From positions 512,001-576,000 of the forward strand of contig OZ241907.1 in assembly GCA_965203515.1 (NCBI GenBank): DNA of 64,000 nucleotides, read 5' to 3'. Each line of letters begins with the position of its first letter. Positions within the stretch are counted from its first letter, which is position 1. The notes below the pieces were generated by a model. It was not told the origin of the DNA, did no database searches, and saw nothing but the letters and a program-made list of their open reading frames with translations. A program made the translations under genes and the position numbers. This DNA is from Spirochaetia bacterium. Its GTDB lineage: Bacteria > Spirochaetota > Spirochaetia > SZUA-6 > Bin103. This document shows positions 13,274-22,490 of the stretch, one piece after another.

Positions 13274-14077
13274 TCACCGGAGGAGCGAGAGCAGAGTCGC
13301 GCCGGCCACGAGTTGGGCATCCCCGGGACGCTCGAGGAACGGCGTTACGTCCTGCCGCGCGGCCTCCCAATCGACGGAGTCGAGTTTGTCGGCGATGAGT
13401 TGACGCCACGTTGCCGGCGTTGCCGCAGGTCCCTCCCATCGCGTCTGCCGCAGCGCGTTGTTGAGCAAGGCGAGGTTCGGGGCCGGCCACGTGGGATCGG
13501 CCAGATACCAGGCGAGGTCAAAGAGGTCCCGCCCTTTCGTATAACCGCGCGTGAGCACCGCATGGAGCTTGCCGGCGAACAGCGATGCCCGGTCATGGTA
13601 CAATAGATTGAGCAAGCCGAACCTGCGGATGAGCTGGGTTTCGGTATGCGCGCCGGCCGGCGGGTTGGTATCGACTTCGACTCTGATTGCCAGCACCTCC
13701 TCGGCGTGGGGCGAGAGCCCTGCCTCATGCAGCAATCCGCGGAACTTCAGCCGCCCGACCGCGACTGCCGATCGGGTGCGGACCGTTGCCTCCACCGCGT
13801 ACGCCTCGGCCGTCAGATCGTGCCGCGCCGCGCGCATCAGTGCCGCGAATCGCCCGTCGCCGCCGGGGGTGATCAGCGAGAAATCGAGATCCTCGGAGTA
13901 ACGCGGAAGCCGGTACCGGAACCGCAGCGCCGTGCCGCCAAGGAACGCCCAGTCGGAAAATGCCCCGTGGTCCTGCAGCGCAAGCAGGATGCGGGCCTGC
14001 AGGTACTCCCGCGCGGTATTGCGCGCCTGGACGCCGTGCGGCTCGCCGGCGAGCAGCTCCAGCAGCGCCGCTTTCAT
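13274..14077 (-). CDS. abiEii: AbiEii/AbiGii-family nucleotidyltransferase toxin (type IV TA)
   Basis: FLGGTALR..Y.LPRYSEDLDFS, AGKLHAVL, KGRDLFDL; ATGA overlap with the antitoxin. Confidence 0.9.
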   Translation of the reverse strand: MKAALLELLAGEPHGVQARNTAREYLQARILLALQDHGAFSDWAFLGGTALRFRYRLPRYSEDLDFSLITPGGDGRFAALMRAARHDLTAEAYAVEATVRTRSAVAVGRLKFRGLLHEAGLSPHAEEVLAIRVEVDTNPPAGAHTETQLIRRFGLLNLLYHDRASLFAGKLHAVLTRGYTKGRDLFDLAWYLADPTWPAPNLALLNNALRQTRWEGPAATPATWRQLIADKLDSVDWEAARQDVTPFLERPGDAQLVAGATLLSLLR

Positions 14078-14706
14078 GACCATCCCTCCTCGTCGCGCCA
14101 GAGGTCGAGCAACAGGCGAACGGCGCGCGCGACCTTGCGCGAACCGGTTCTCAGCACCGCGGCGCGCAGCCGCTCCGCGTCAAGTGAGTCGGCGGGCGTG
14201 AGACGAAGCTCCCGCAGGTAGGGAAGCCGATCGCTGTGCGGGGTCAGATACAGCAGGTCGACCAGCGCCTTCTCGGCGCGGGCGAGCATCACGCGCTGGC
14301 CGTGCGCGACCTCGATCTCGACGAAACCGAACATCCGCCGCGGGAGCAGGTGGCGAAACAGAAACCGTCCGCGCGGCGTATCGAGCTGCTGCGCCCGGCG
14401 GGTGGTGACGCTGGTGGTCACGGGAACGTACTCGGGAATCATGCCGTAATGGGCCAGTGCCGAGTGCAAGCTCACATAGGATGCCCGGTCGAGCGCCCCG
14501 GCGATGGCGAACGGATGGGCCGGCACGGCGGCGTATGGCGCCGCGACGAGATACACCCCGCGCCGGAGCCGCACGACCCGCCCGGCCTTGACCCAGCGAT
14601 CCAACTGCCGCCTCAGGTTCTCTGGGGAGCTTTGTCCCGCAAGGACTTGGCCCGTACGAAACAACCCATTGGGGGGCACTCTGGCCAGCAGCAGGTCGAA
14701 GTGCAT
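14074..14706 (-). CDS. abiEi: AbiEi-family antitoxin / transcriptional regulator
   Basis: wHTH (LDRWVKAGRVVRLRRGVY), SYVSLHSALAHYGMIPE, EKALVDLLY. Confidence 0.88.
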   Translation of the reverse strand: MHFDLLLARVPPNGLFRTGQVLAGQSSPENLRRQLDRWVKAGRVVRLRRGVYLVAAPYAAVPAHPFAIAGALDRASYVSLHSALAHYGMIPEYVPVTTSVTTRRAQQLDTPRGRFLFRHLLPRRMFGFVEIEVAHGQRVMLARAEKALVDLLYLTPHSDRLPYLRELRLTPADSLDAERLRAAVLRTGSRKVARAVRLLLDLWRDEEGWS

Positions 14707-14717
14707 GGCAATAACAT

Positions 14718-14729
14718 GACATTAATGTC
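14718..14729. promoter_or_regulatory. Perfect 12-bp palindrome GACATTAATGTC, candidate AbiEi operator
   Basis: 11 bp upstream of the abiEi ATG in an AT-rich patch. Confidence 0.55.
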
Positions 14730-14977
14730 TACTTGTCGCTATGACAGCTCCGCCCGATCGATCCTGTCCTCCACCGCGACCCTGCTTCGGTACAGAGTAC
14801 GTCCCTCCGCGACGGGCGCAACCAGCGCGGCGTTGCACCCTGACGGCTGCGGCTGTGCGCCACAGAGCAGACCATCGCCCGGCTGAGCGCGGTGTGGAAG
14901 GTGTTCCGGCGGGCGACCTAGGCGTCCCGCCCGTGGCCGCGGGCCGGCTAGACAGCTGGCGCCGCAGCCGTTCCTTC

Positions 14978-15061
14978 CGGCCGCTACCGCACCCGCGACC
15001 TCATCCTCGCCTACATGAACGCCCTCGCCGCCGGCGACACCCGACCGACGTCACGCCGTAG
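14978..15061 (+). repeat. Second copy of the R-M gene 3' end (GRYRTRDLILAYMNALAAGD..TDVTP*)
   Basis: Near-identical to 12177-12260. Confidence 0.9.
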
Positions 15062-15064
15062 GCG

Positions 15065-15253
15065 TTACAGGCGATCTTGCGCGATCGACTCGAAGGCGGG
15101 CAGCAGGTCGCTTTGATCCAGAGCCTCCTCGGCGCTCAAACGAGGCACCTCGTATGCGATGACTGCCTGGGCGCCAAACACGTACCAGCGCCCCCAGTCG
15201 GCGAGCACCTTGGACAGTGCGGTCAGGAGTTCAACTGCGGCGGGGGGAAGCAC
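15065..15253 (-). pseudogene. Internally deleted nucleotidyltransferase-like toxin remnant
   Basis: WYVFGAQAVIAY..PRLSA jumps directly to the C-terminal EEALDQSDLLPAFE. Confidence 0.5.
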
Positions 15254-15482
15254 GCGTGAACAGCTCGGCCAGGCGCACGTGCGCAAGCAGGTCCTGCCGC
15301 CGGGCGACGGCCCCGGGCCAATCCGGATCGTGCAGCAGTGCTTGCCGGCGCAACTCGTCGGCGATGCGGAAGCCCTCCAGTGGTCCGCAGCGGGCTATGC
15401 GTTCGGCCCAATAGGCGTCTTTCGCGGCGCGCGCCGTGCGCCATTCGCGAGCCATGTAGTCACGAATGCCGCGGCTGATCAT
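15231..15482 (-). CDS. Small helical hypothetical protein, probable partner of the adjacent nucleotidyltransferase
   Basis: MISRGIRDYMAREW...DWP...RRQDLLAHVRL; overlaps the start of the NTase remnant; its 5' region is duplicated at 13189-13259. Confidence 0.5.
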   Translation of the reverse strand: MISRGIRDYMAREWRTARAAKDAYWAERIARCGPLEGFRIADELRRQALLHDPDWPGAVARRQDLLAHVRLAELFTRASPRRS

Positions 15483-15530
15483 ACCGGTAGTGTAGCAGGC
15501 TGTCCCGGCAGGGTCCATGTTCACCCGCGC

Positions 15531-15665
15531 GCCTTCCAATCGACGGATGACCCGTGGTCCTGTGGCGCAAGCAGGATGCGTGCCTGCAGGTACTCCCGCG
15601 CGGTATTGCGCGCCTGGACGCCGTGCGGCTCGCCGGCGAGCAGCTCCGGCAGCGCCGCTTTCATG
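15531..15665 (-). pseudogene. Internally deleted duplicate fragment of abiEii
   Basis: 15551-15665 matches 13964-14078; 15531-15547 matches ~13362-13378. Confidence 0.85.
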
Positions 15666-15724
15666 CCCTCGCCGCCGGCGACACCACCACCGACGTCACG
15701 CCGCGCTAGCCATTGGCGTCCAGC
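15665..15724 (+). repeat. 60-bp direct repeat copy (third R-M 3' end)
   Basis: 57/60 identical to 12220-12279. Confidence 0.9.
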
Positions 15725-15772
15725 GGCTTCAGGCTTGATGCGCGCCGGTCCCGGTGGTTACTCTGTCGGGCT

Positions 15773-16972
15773 ATGAAGACTCGGCCGCCCTTGCGCCATA
15801 CTGGCGCCGTCCTCGTTGGCTTGACCATCGCCGTACTGCTGCTTGCCTGCGAGGAACCCACGCGCAAGCCGGCCGCACCGGCGCAACCCGCCTCGCCGCC
15901 GGCGGCGGAACCGGTAGCGCCGGCGCAGAGCAACACGTGTGTGCCGAACGTGGCGATTCACCGCACGAACGTCGGAGGCGCCATCCAGGGAGCGATCAAG
16001 GACCTGGTTCTGTACTGGGGAGGAACCCGGTCGAACGTGGAATGCCTGCCGGAGGCGCAAGGGAGTCAGAGGCAGTTCAACCGTGTCGGCAACACGCAGG
16101 GAGGGACGGCGACCTACCGAGTGATACGGGTGCAACGACCCGCCGGCGCCCGCTACTACATGCTGAAGTATCTCGACGGCGAGCCGGTATGCATCATCGA
16201 CGTAGCCGGCGCCTGCGACCGGATGTTGTCCGGGTTGGGCGATTACGACGTGGAGACCCTGCCGGCCGAAGTACCGGCGCTCGATGGTTCACCGACGCCG
16301 CCGCCGGCGCCGGCGCCCGCACCGGCCCCGCCGCAGTCGACCGTTCCGCCGGAGGTCGTGACCGGCGGCACAGACTACGTGGTTGGAACGCAGGCGACGT
16401 TGGGATCCATAACTGCCTGGAACACGCGCCGCGCGATCGTCGCCACCGACAGCGGCGTCCTCACGGTCGCTGCCACAAAGACTGACCCGAATGGTCACTT
16501 GGGGACGATCACGAGCGAAGGCGGAGTGCTCACGATCACGGGTGCCAAGTCGACCTGGGACGCGGCTACCAGCCGCCACAGTCCGATCAGGATCGAGTTC
16601 ACCGCTACGAACGCGGGCGGATCGAAGGCAAGTTCCTGGATCCAAGTTATGGTTGACGGAGCTCCCGAAAGGGCGCCGGTAGTCCTCCCGACGGAATTCA
16701 CAAGGAGATCCACAGGAACCAGTAGTGTTCTCATCCGCGATCTGGCGTCCTACTACAGAGACCCGGAAGGGGAGTCCGTGTCCGTCGTCGACGTGAGTTC
16801 GAGCCCTTCGACGTCAGGTATAGCCAGCATCGACAGTGGAGGCCACTTGGTCTTGACGCCAAATAACCCAGGCTCCATGACCATTACGTACTACGTAACG
16901 AGTACGTCCAACCCGTCCGGCAATGCCGCGCAGTACGCGCGGGATACCGTTACCGTCACCATTACGCCGTAA
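15773..16972 (+). CDS. Surface lipoprotein with Pro-rich linkers and C-terminal Ig/cadherin-like domains
   Basis: Lipobox LLLAC; PAAPAQP and PPPAPAPAP linkers; DLASYYRDPEGE motif; Thr/Ser/Val-rich beta strands. Confidence 0.65.
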   Translation: MKTRPPLRHTGAVLVGLTIAVLLLACEEPTRKPAAPAQPASPPAAEPVAPAQSNTCVPNVAIHRTNVGGAIQGAIKDLVLYWGGTRSNVECLPEAQGSQRQFNRVGNTQGGTATYRVIRVQRPAGARYYMLKYLDGEPVCIIDVAGACDRMLSGLGDYDVETLPAEVPALDGSPTPPPAPAPAPAPPQSTVPPEVVTGGTDYVVGTQATLGSITAWNTRRAIVATDSGVLTVAATKTDPNGHLGTITSEGGVLTITGAKSTWDAATSRHSPIRIEFTATNAGGSKASSWIQVMVDGAPERAPVVLPTEFTRRSTGTSSVLIRDLASYYRDPEGESVSVVDVSSSPSTSGIASIDSGGHLVLTPNNPGSMTITYYVTSTSNPSGNAAQYARDTVTVTITP

Positions 16973-17035
16973 CGGACGGTAGAGCCAGCCGGGCGTCGAG
17001 CTGTTTGCCGGCGGGGTCACCCGTCACGCCCGATA

Positions 17036-18502
17036 CTACCGGGGGCAGCGATGGCGGCATCCGCCTTCAGCCTGCGCTTCGTCCGACTGGATCGGACCGG
17101 CGCGTGACGATCCTCGCCGGGGGACGCCGAATCCGGCGCCTGCGTGGCGGTGGCGGTGATGCGCGGCGCACAGCAGTCGGAGATTGTTCGGCTCGGCGCC
17201 GCCGCCGCGGGCGTATGGCACGACGTGATCGATCTGCAGCAGGTGTTGGGAGCCGCAGCGACGCCCGCTGGTGCGGTCCACGTAGCTGCAGCGGCCCTGG
17301 TCGCGCCGCCAGACCGCGCGCTTGACCGCCGCCGGGATGGCGCGGCCGGTCCGGCCGCCCGCCTTCGCCGCCGAAGTTTGGGTAGGCGTCGGCGCAGCCG
17401 GCTTCGCGCACGCAGCAGCCTGCGGGCCGAAGCGCCGCGTCTTCGGCGCCGAAGTGGAGTCGGTCGCCGGCTTCGCTGCCGAAGTGTCCGGGCGTTCCGG
17501 GCCGCGGTCGGCCTGCGGCGCAGCGTCTCCGTCTCCCGGCTGCGCCGTCGGCTGAGTCGATACCTTCGCCGCCGAAGGAGCGGCGCTGTCCGAGCTGGCT
17601 TCCTGCTTCGGCGCCGGGCCCGCCTGCTTCGCTGCCGAAGCGGTGCCGCGAGTCGAGGGCGCCTGCGTCTTCGCCGCCGAAGTCCGCTCGGCGCCTGTGC
17701 CCGGGGCACCGGTGCGCCGCCTGCGCGGCGGCCGGGCCGGGTCATGGCGGTCGAGCCCTTCCTGCACCAAGCGTCCCACGATCTGCCCCAACGTCATGTG
17801 CGGGTCGACGTGGGACAGGAGACCCCTGAGCCGCTCCAAGCCGCGCCGGCACTCATCGTCGATGACCGCCTTGAGCTCCCAGCGTCCAGCGCCCAGCGGG
17901 CGCACCCGGTCCGCCGGCACCGCCAGCTCCGGGTCGACCTCGGCCAGCAGCTCCATCACCTGCCGGCTGCTCTTGCCGGCCGCCTGCTCTACCAGCGCCC
18001 GCCGCGCCGACCGGTCCAGCACCGGCGGCGGCTTCCGCTCCGCGGGCTGAGCCGGCCCCGGCGCCGAGCCGTCCTGCGACTGCGCGGCGGCCCCGAACCC
18101 GTCCCCGCCCGGCGCGCTGCGCGCCGCGCGATCCCTGTCGCGCTCCTGCCGGTCGAAGGCGTTCTGCAACTGCGCGGCCGCGTTCAGGGTCATGGAGCCG
18201 TCCTGGAGGCGCTCGCGCACGCCGTCGAAGTTCGCGCAGAGGCGCATCGCCTTGAGGCGTCGCCAGGCGGCGGCGTCGCTGTAGCCCAGCTCGCGGACCG
18301 TGTAATCGAACAGGCTGGAGAACCCGCGGCGCAGGTACAGCCGGCGCTTCTGTATCTCACGCAAGTGGTCGATGACGACGACTTCGAGATGGTGTTCGAT
18401 GCCGGACAGTTCCTTGGTCCGCGCCAGCAGGCGGTCGTCGGAGAGGGCGGAAACGGTGGTCGTGATGGCCGCGTCGGCCGTGTCGGAACGAGTGCCGTTC
18501 AT
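17036..18502 (-). CDS. DUF222-like HNH endonuclease
   Basis: N-terminal LSDDRLL...RRLYLRRGFSSLFDY..ELGYS; C-terminal VWRRDQGRC..RC..LQIDHVVP..GG....NLRLLC.AHH. Confidence 0.85.
   Translation of the reverse strand: MNGTRSDTADAAITTTVSALSDDRLLARTKELSGIEHHLEVVVIDHLREIQKRRLYLRRGFSSLFDYTVRELGYSDAAAWRRLKAMRLCANFDGVRERLQDGSMTLNAAAQLQNAFDRQERDRDRAARSAPGGDGFGAAAQSQDGSAPGPAQPAERKPPPVLDRSARRALVEQAAGKSSRQVMELLAEVDPELAVPADRVRPLGAGRWELKAVIDDECRRGLERLRGLLSHVDPHMTLGQIVGRLVQEGLDRHDPARPPRRRRTGAPGTGAERTSAAKTQAPSTRGTASAAKQAGPAPKQEASSDSAAPSAAKVSTQPTAQPGDGDAAPQADRGPERPDTSAAKPATDSTSAPKTRRFGPQAAACAKPAAPTPTQTSAAKAGGRTGRAIPAAVKRAVWRRDQGRCSYVDRTSGRRCGSQHLLQIDHVVPYARGGGAEPNNLRLLCAAHHRHRHAGAGFGVPRRGSSRAGPIQSDEAQAEGGCRHRCPR
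17363..17682. repeat. Six CTTCG-N4-CGAAG palindromic motifs (xSA(A/P)K) inside the HNH gene
   Basis: Copies start at 17363, 17441, 17471, 17564, 17627, 17669. Confidence 0.85.
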
Positions 18503-18508
18503 GCCATA

Positions 18509-18537
18509 AGTATAATAATGGAAAGTAGTTGAGTCAA
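18509..18537 (-). promoter_or_regulatory. Sigma70 promoter, probably giving a leaderless HNH mRNA
   Basis: TTGACT-N17-TATACT; ATG 6 nt after the -10 box; no SD. Confidence 0.7.
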
Positions 18538-18620
18538 GAAGCCGCTGTCCGTTCCCATCACACTTTCAGGTCGTTCAGATTGCCCCAGAGCAGTAGCTCC
18601 TCGTGTTTGCAGTCTCCCGA

Positions 18621-18719
18621 CTACGATCCCGGCGGCAATCTCCTGCTCATCGGCCGCCCAGTCGTCGCCTCGGCGCGGACCTGATGCAGCCGGTAGTCCT
18701 TCTCGATGCCGAGCCAGAT
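18621..18719 (-). pseudogene. higA: higA antitoxin 3' part (split by IS21)
   Basis: IWLGIEKDYRLHQ... continues the frame of 24420-24644 across the CCAGAT duplication. Confidence 0.8.
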
Positions 18720-18952
18720 TGTCCAGCGACAATCAAGATGAGAATGCAGCGACAATCAAGATGAGAATGCGCGGGTAGGGTGGCTGCCCCCGACAGAGGA
18801 GGATGGAGGGGCCGCCGATGGCGGCGGCAGGGCGTAGCCTGACCGTAGCCACCGGCGCGCGGCGGCGCCCCCGTGGGGGCTTCGCGGCCCGGTGATCGTG
18901 GCCGGCCCGGCGTTGGATAGGGTGCTTGGGACTATCACCCCAAGGAGCACCC

Positions 18953-20482
18953 ATGCCGGGCCGACATCTGACCGATCACCACGTGAGGCACTACATGAAC
19001 CTGCGCACCAAGGACCAGCCGTCGGTGGCCGCCGCCAAGGCGGGGATCAGCACCGCCACCGCCTACCGCATCGAATCCGATCCGCAGCTACCGTCCCAGA
19101 AACCGACCGTCCGCACTCGCCGGCGGCCCGACCCGCTGGCCGGCATCTTCGAAGAAGAAGTCATCCCCCTGCTGCAGCAGACGCCCGACCTGCGCCCGGT
19201 GACCATCTTCGAGGAACTGCTGCGCCGTCACCCCGAACTGCCGCCGAGCGTGCGCCGCACCCTGGAACGCCGGGTGCGCCGCTGGCGCGCCCTGCACGGT
19301 CCCGACCAGGAGGTGATCTTCGCGCAGCGCCAGCCGCCCGGTCTGCTCGGTCTGTCAGACTTCACCGCCGCCACCAACCTCAGCGTCGTCGTGGCCGGCG
19401 CGCCGCTGGCGCACCTGCTGTACCACTTCCGGCTGCCCTACTCCGGCTTCGAGCACGCCGACGTGGTGATCGGCGGCGAATCCTTCAGCGCCCTCAGCGC
19501 CGGCCTCCAGCAGGCGCTGTGGACGCTCGGCGGCGCGCCCCAGGAACACCGCACCGACAGCCTGTCGGCGGCGTTCCGCAACCTCGACCGCAGCGCCCAC
19601 GACGATCTCACCGAGCGCTACCGGGCGCTGTGCGAGCACTACCGCATGCGCGCGACCCGCAACAATCGCGGCGCCGCCCATGAGAACGGCAGCGTCGAGA
19701 GCGCCCACGGCCACTTCAAGCGCGCCCTCCATCAGGCCCTGCTGCTCCGCGGCTCGCGCGCGTTCGATGACCTGGACGCCTACCGCCGGTTGATCGCCGA
19801 ACTGGTCGGGCGCCACAACGCCCGCCACCGGGAGCGCATCGACGCCGAACGCGCGGCCTTGCAGCCGCTGCCCGAACGCCGCGTGCAGGACTTCGAGATC
19901 GAACGGGTGCGGGTCACCTCCCACAGCGGGTTCACGCTGCGCAAGGTCTTCTACTCGGTGCCGTCGCGGCTGATCGGCCACCACCTGCGCGTCCATCTGT
20001 TCCCGGATCGGCTGCAGGTCTTCCTCGGCGCCAGCGAACTGCTGAGCCTGCCGCGGGGCAAGCCGCCGGCCCCCGGACGCCGCGGGCACGTGGTCAACTA
20101 CCATCACCTCATCCACGCGCTGCGCCGCAAGCCGATGGCGTTGCGCCATCTGACCTACCGCGAGCAGTTGTTCCCCCGCGATGCCTACCGGCGCGCCTTC
20201 CGGGCGCTGCTGGCGGCACTCGACGAGTCTGAGGCCTGCCGGCGCATGGTCGGGCTGCTGGCCCTGGCTCACGATCAGGGCTGCGAGGCCGCCCTGGGCG
20301 AGCACCTGGAGCGCCTGCTGGCCGCAGGTCAGCTGCCCGACCCGGAGACCCTGCGGGAGCGCTTCCTGCCCGATCCGGGGGACCTGCCGCAGGTCAGCGT
20401 GCACGCCGGCTCGCTGGCCGACTACGACCTGCTGCTCGATCATCCCGACCACGCCGGCGTCTCCCAGGCGGGTGCGGCATGA
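18953..20482 (+). CDS. istA: IS21 transposase IstA
   Basis: HTH, RRRPDPL, SDFT, HRTDSLSAA, HENGSVES, YSVPSRLIG. Confidence 0.95.
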   Translation: MPGRHLTDHHVRHYMNLRTKDQPSVAAAKAGISTATAYRIESDPQLPSQKPTVRTRRRPDPLAGIFEEEVIPLLQQTPDLRPVTIFEELLRRHPELPPSVRRTLERRVRRWRALHGPDQEVIFAQRQPPGLLGLSDFTAATNLSVVVAGAPLAHLLYHFRLPYSGFEHADVVIGGESFSALSAGLQQALWTLGGAPQEHRTDSLSAAFRNLDRSAHDDLTERYRALCEHYRMRATRNNRGAAHENGSVESAHGHFKRALHQALLLRGSRAFDDLDAYRRLIAELVGRHNARHRERIDAERAALQPLPERRVQDFEIERVRVTSHSGFTLRKVFYSVPSRLIGHHLRVHLFPDRLQVFLGASELLSLPRGKPPAPGRRGHVVNYHHLIHALRRKPMALRHLTYREQLFPRDAYRRAFRALLAALDESEACRRMVGLLALAHDQGCEAALGEHLERLLAAGQLPDPETLRERFLPDPGDLPQVSVHAGSLADYDLLLDHPDHAGVSQAGAA

Positions 20483-20722
20483 ACCGGCGCAACGACCAGC
20501 CGATCGACGACGCCGCGCTCAACCTCATGCTCAGCGAGTTGCGCCTGCCCACCATCAAGTCGCTGTGGCCGCAGTTCACCGCCCAGGCCGACCGCGAAGG
20601 CTGGCCCGGCGCGCGCCTGCTGGCCGCCCTGACCGAGCACGAACTGGCCGAACGCTCCCGCCGCCGCTTCCAGCGCCAGCTCCGCGAGGCGCGGCTGCCG
20701 GCCGGCAAGACCCTCGACTCGT
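20479..20722 (+). pseudogene. istB: istB 5' part (interrupted by IS66)
   Basis: LSELRLPTI...ARLPAGKTLDS; ATGA overlap with istA. Confidence 0.9.
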
Positions 20723-20747
20723 GTAAGCGTCCGGGGAATCCCACCCT

Positions 20748-22439
20748 CTACGTAGCGGGCGGCGGCGGTGGACGCGCGGTCGGCAGGAGCGCCAAGAAAT
20801 CGGCACGGGTACGCGCGTGCGGCAGCTGCTCGAACAACTCGCGCAGATACCAGTACGGCTCTCGCCGGTTGGCCTTCGCCGTCTCGATCAGGCTGTACAG
20901 CGTCGCGCTCGCCGCAGCGCCGCGCGGGCTGCCGGCAAACAGCCAGTTCTTGCGGCCCACCACGAACGGCCGGATCGCCTGCTCGCAGGCGTTGTTGTCC
21001 GGCGTCAACTGCGCGTGCTCCACATAGCCGATCAGCTTCGGCCACTGTCCCAACGCGAACCCCACCGCCTTGCCGAGCGCCGAACTCGGCAGCACCTGCT
21101 CCCGCTTGTGCCGCAGCCACTCGTGCATCTGCACGAGCACCGGCTCCACCCGCGCGCGCCGCTCGGCCACGAACCGTTCGGGGTCCTCGGTCCGGTACCT
21201 CGCTAGCTGCGTCTCGATGCGGTACAGCTTGGCGATGTACCCCAGCGCCTGCAGCGCCGCACCGCTACGGCTCGATACCTTGCTCAACGCCTCGGCGGCC
21301 TCCTTGAAGGCGCGCCGCACGTGCGCCCAACAGCCCACGTGCCGGATGCCCGGCTGGCTGCACGGCCGCAGGTAGCCCTCATACCCATCGGTCTGCACGT
21401 AGCCCTGGTAGTCGCCGATGATGTCGGCCGCCACCCGTGCGGCCCGACTCGGCTCATACCGGTAGATCACCACCGGCGCCGCCGGCGGCCCGCCGCGGGC
21501 CACCCATACGTAGCTGCGCGTCGCGTTGGCGCGTCCCGGCTCGTTGAGCACCTGCACGGTCGTTTCGTCGATTTGCAGGATCGGTCCGCCGCGCAGTTGG
21601 TCGCCCAGCGCTGCCAGCAGCGGCCGACAGGCGCCGGCGACCGCCAGCATCCAGTCGGCCATCGTGCGCCGCGACACCGCCACTCCCAGCCGCGCGAACT
21701 GCTGCTCCTGCCGGTACAGCGGCAGCGCGTCGCAGAACTTCGCCGTGGCGATGAACGCCAGCAGCCCTTCGCTGGCGACTCCTTTGCGGATCAGCGCCGC
21801 CGGCGCCGGCGCCACCCGCACCGCCGCACGCTGCTCGTCGCCGGAGCCCTCGCAGTGATGGCAGGCGTACTTCGGCCGCACCGTGCGGAGCACCCGCACC
21901 TGCGGCGGGATCACGTCGAGCTTCTCGGCGGTCTCCTCGCCGATGCGGACCATGCGGTGGCCGCAGGCGCACTGCTGGTCTGCTTCGGGAAGGTCGACGA
22001 CCCGCTCGACCCGCGGCAGCGACGGCGGCAGCGGTTGGCGGCGCGGGCGCCGGGCGCGGCTCGGCACCGGGGCGGCCGCCGGTTCGGCAGGCAGTGGGTC
22101 GACCGGCAAGGCGTGGTCGGCGCTCCGTTCGATCTCGTTGAACAGCCGGATCTGCTGCTGCTCGGCAGCGCTCAGCTGTTCGCTGCTGCGCCCGTACCGC
22201 CGGTTTCGGTACCAGGCGAGCTCCTCTTCATAGAGCTCAATCTTCTTGTCCAACTCCTGGACCTGATGATCCAGCGCATGGACCTGATGATCCAGCGCAC
22301 TATTCCTGGTGACGAGTGAACTATTCCTGGCGACGAGTTGATCGTTGCGCACGATCAACTCGTCTTTTTCCAGGACCAGCAGCCGATTCTCCACGCGCAA
22401 CCTGTCGCGTTGTTCGACCACCGACGGTGCGGCAGACAT
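20748..22439 (-). CDS. tnpC: IS66 transposase TnpC
   Basis: YGRSSEQ, CACG..C..C zinc finger, LPLYRQ, IDET, QTDGY, CWAHVRR, DNNACEQAIRP..GRKNWLF. Confidence 0.95.
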   Translation of the reverse strand: MSAAPSVVEQRDRLRVENRLLVLEKDELIVRNDQLVARNSSLVTRNSALDHQVHALDHQVQELDKKIELYEEELAWYRNRRYGRSSEQLSAAEQQQIRLFNEIERSADHALPVDPLPAEPAAAPVPSRARRPRRQPLPPSLPRVERVVDLPEADQQCACGHRMVRIGEETAEKLDVIPPQVRVLRTVRPKYACHHCEGSGDEQRAAVRVAPAPAALIRKGVASEGLLAFIATAKFCDALPLYRQEQQFARLGVAVSRRTMADWMLAVAGACRPLLAALGDQLRGGPILQIDETTVQVLNEPGRANATRSYVWVARGGPPAAPVVIYRYEPSRAARVAADIIGDYQGYVQTDGYEGYLRPCSQPGIRHVGCWAHVRRAFKEAAEALSKVSSRSGAALQALGYIAKLYRIETQLARYRTEDPERFVAERRARVEPVLVQMHEWLRHKREQVLPSSALGKAVGFALGQWPKLIGYVEHAQLTPDNNACEQAIRPFVVGRKNWLFAGSPRGAAASATLYSLIETAKANRREPYWYLRELFEQLPHARTRADFLALLPTARPPPPPAT

Positions 22440-22490
22440 GTCTCTACCTTACCTCAAATACCGCCGCCAGTCAAGATCGAACCAAGCCCG

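Noticed and set aside
14760..14975. Possible small gene or ncRNA between abiEi and the second R-M tail
   Set aside because: No convincing start, motif or structure.
12220..15724. Prophage or integron
   Set aside because: No integrase, phage structural genes or attC-like palindromes; retained only as a repeat-bounded cassette finding.
17363..17682. CRISPR-like repeat-spacer array in the HNH gene
   Set aside because: Repeats only 14 bp, irregular spacing, in-frame coding, no cas genes.
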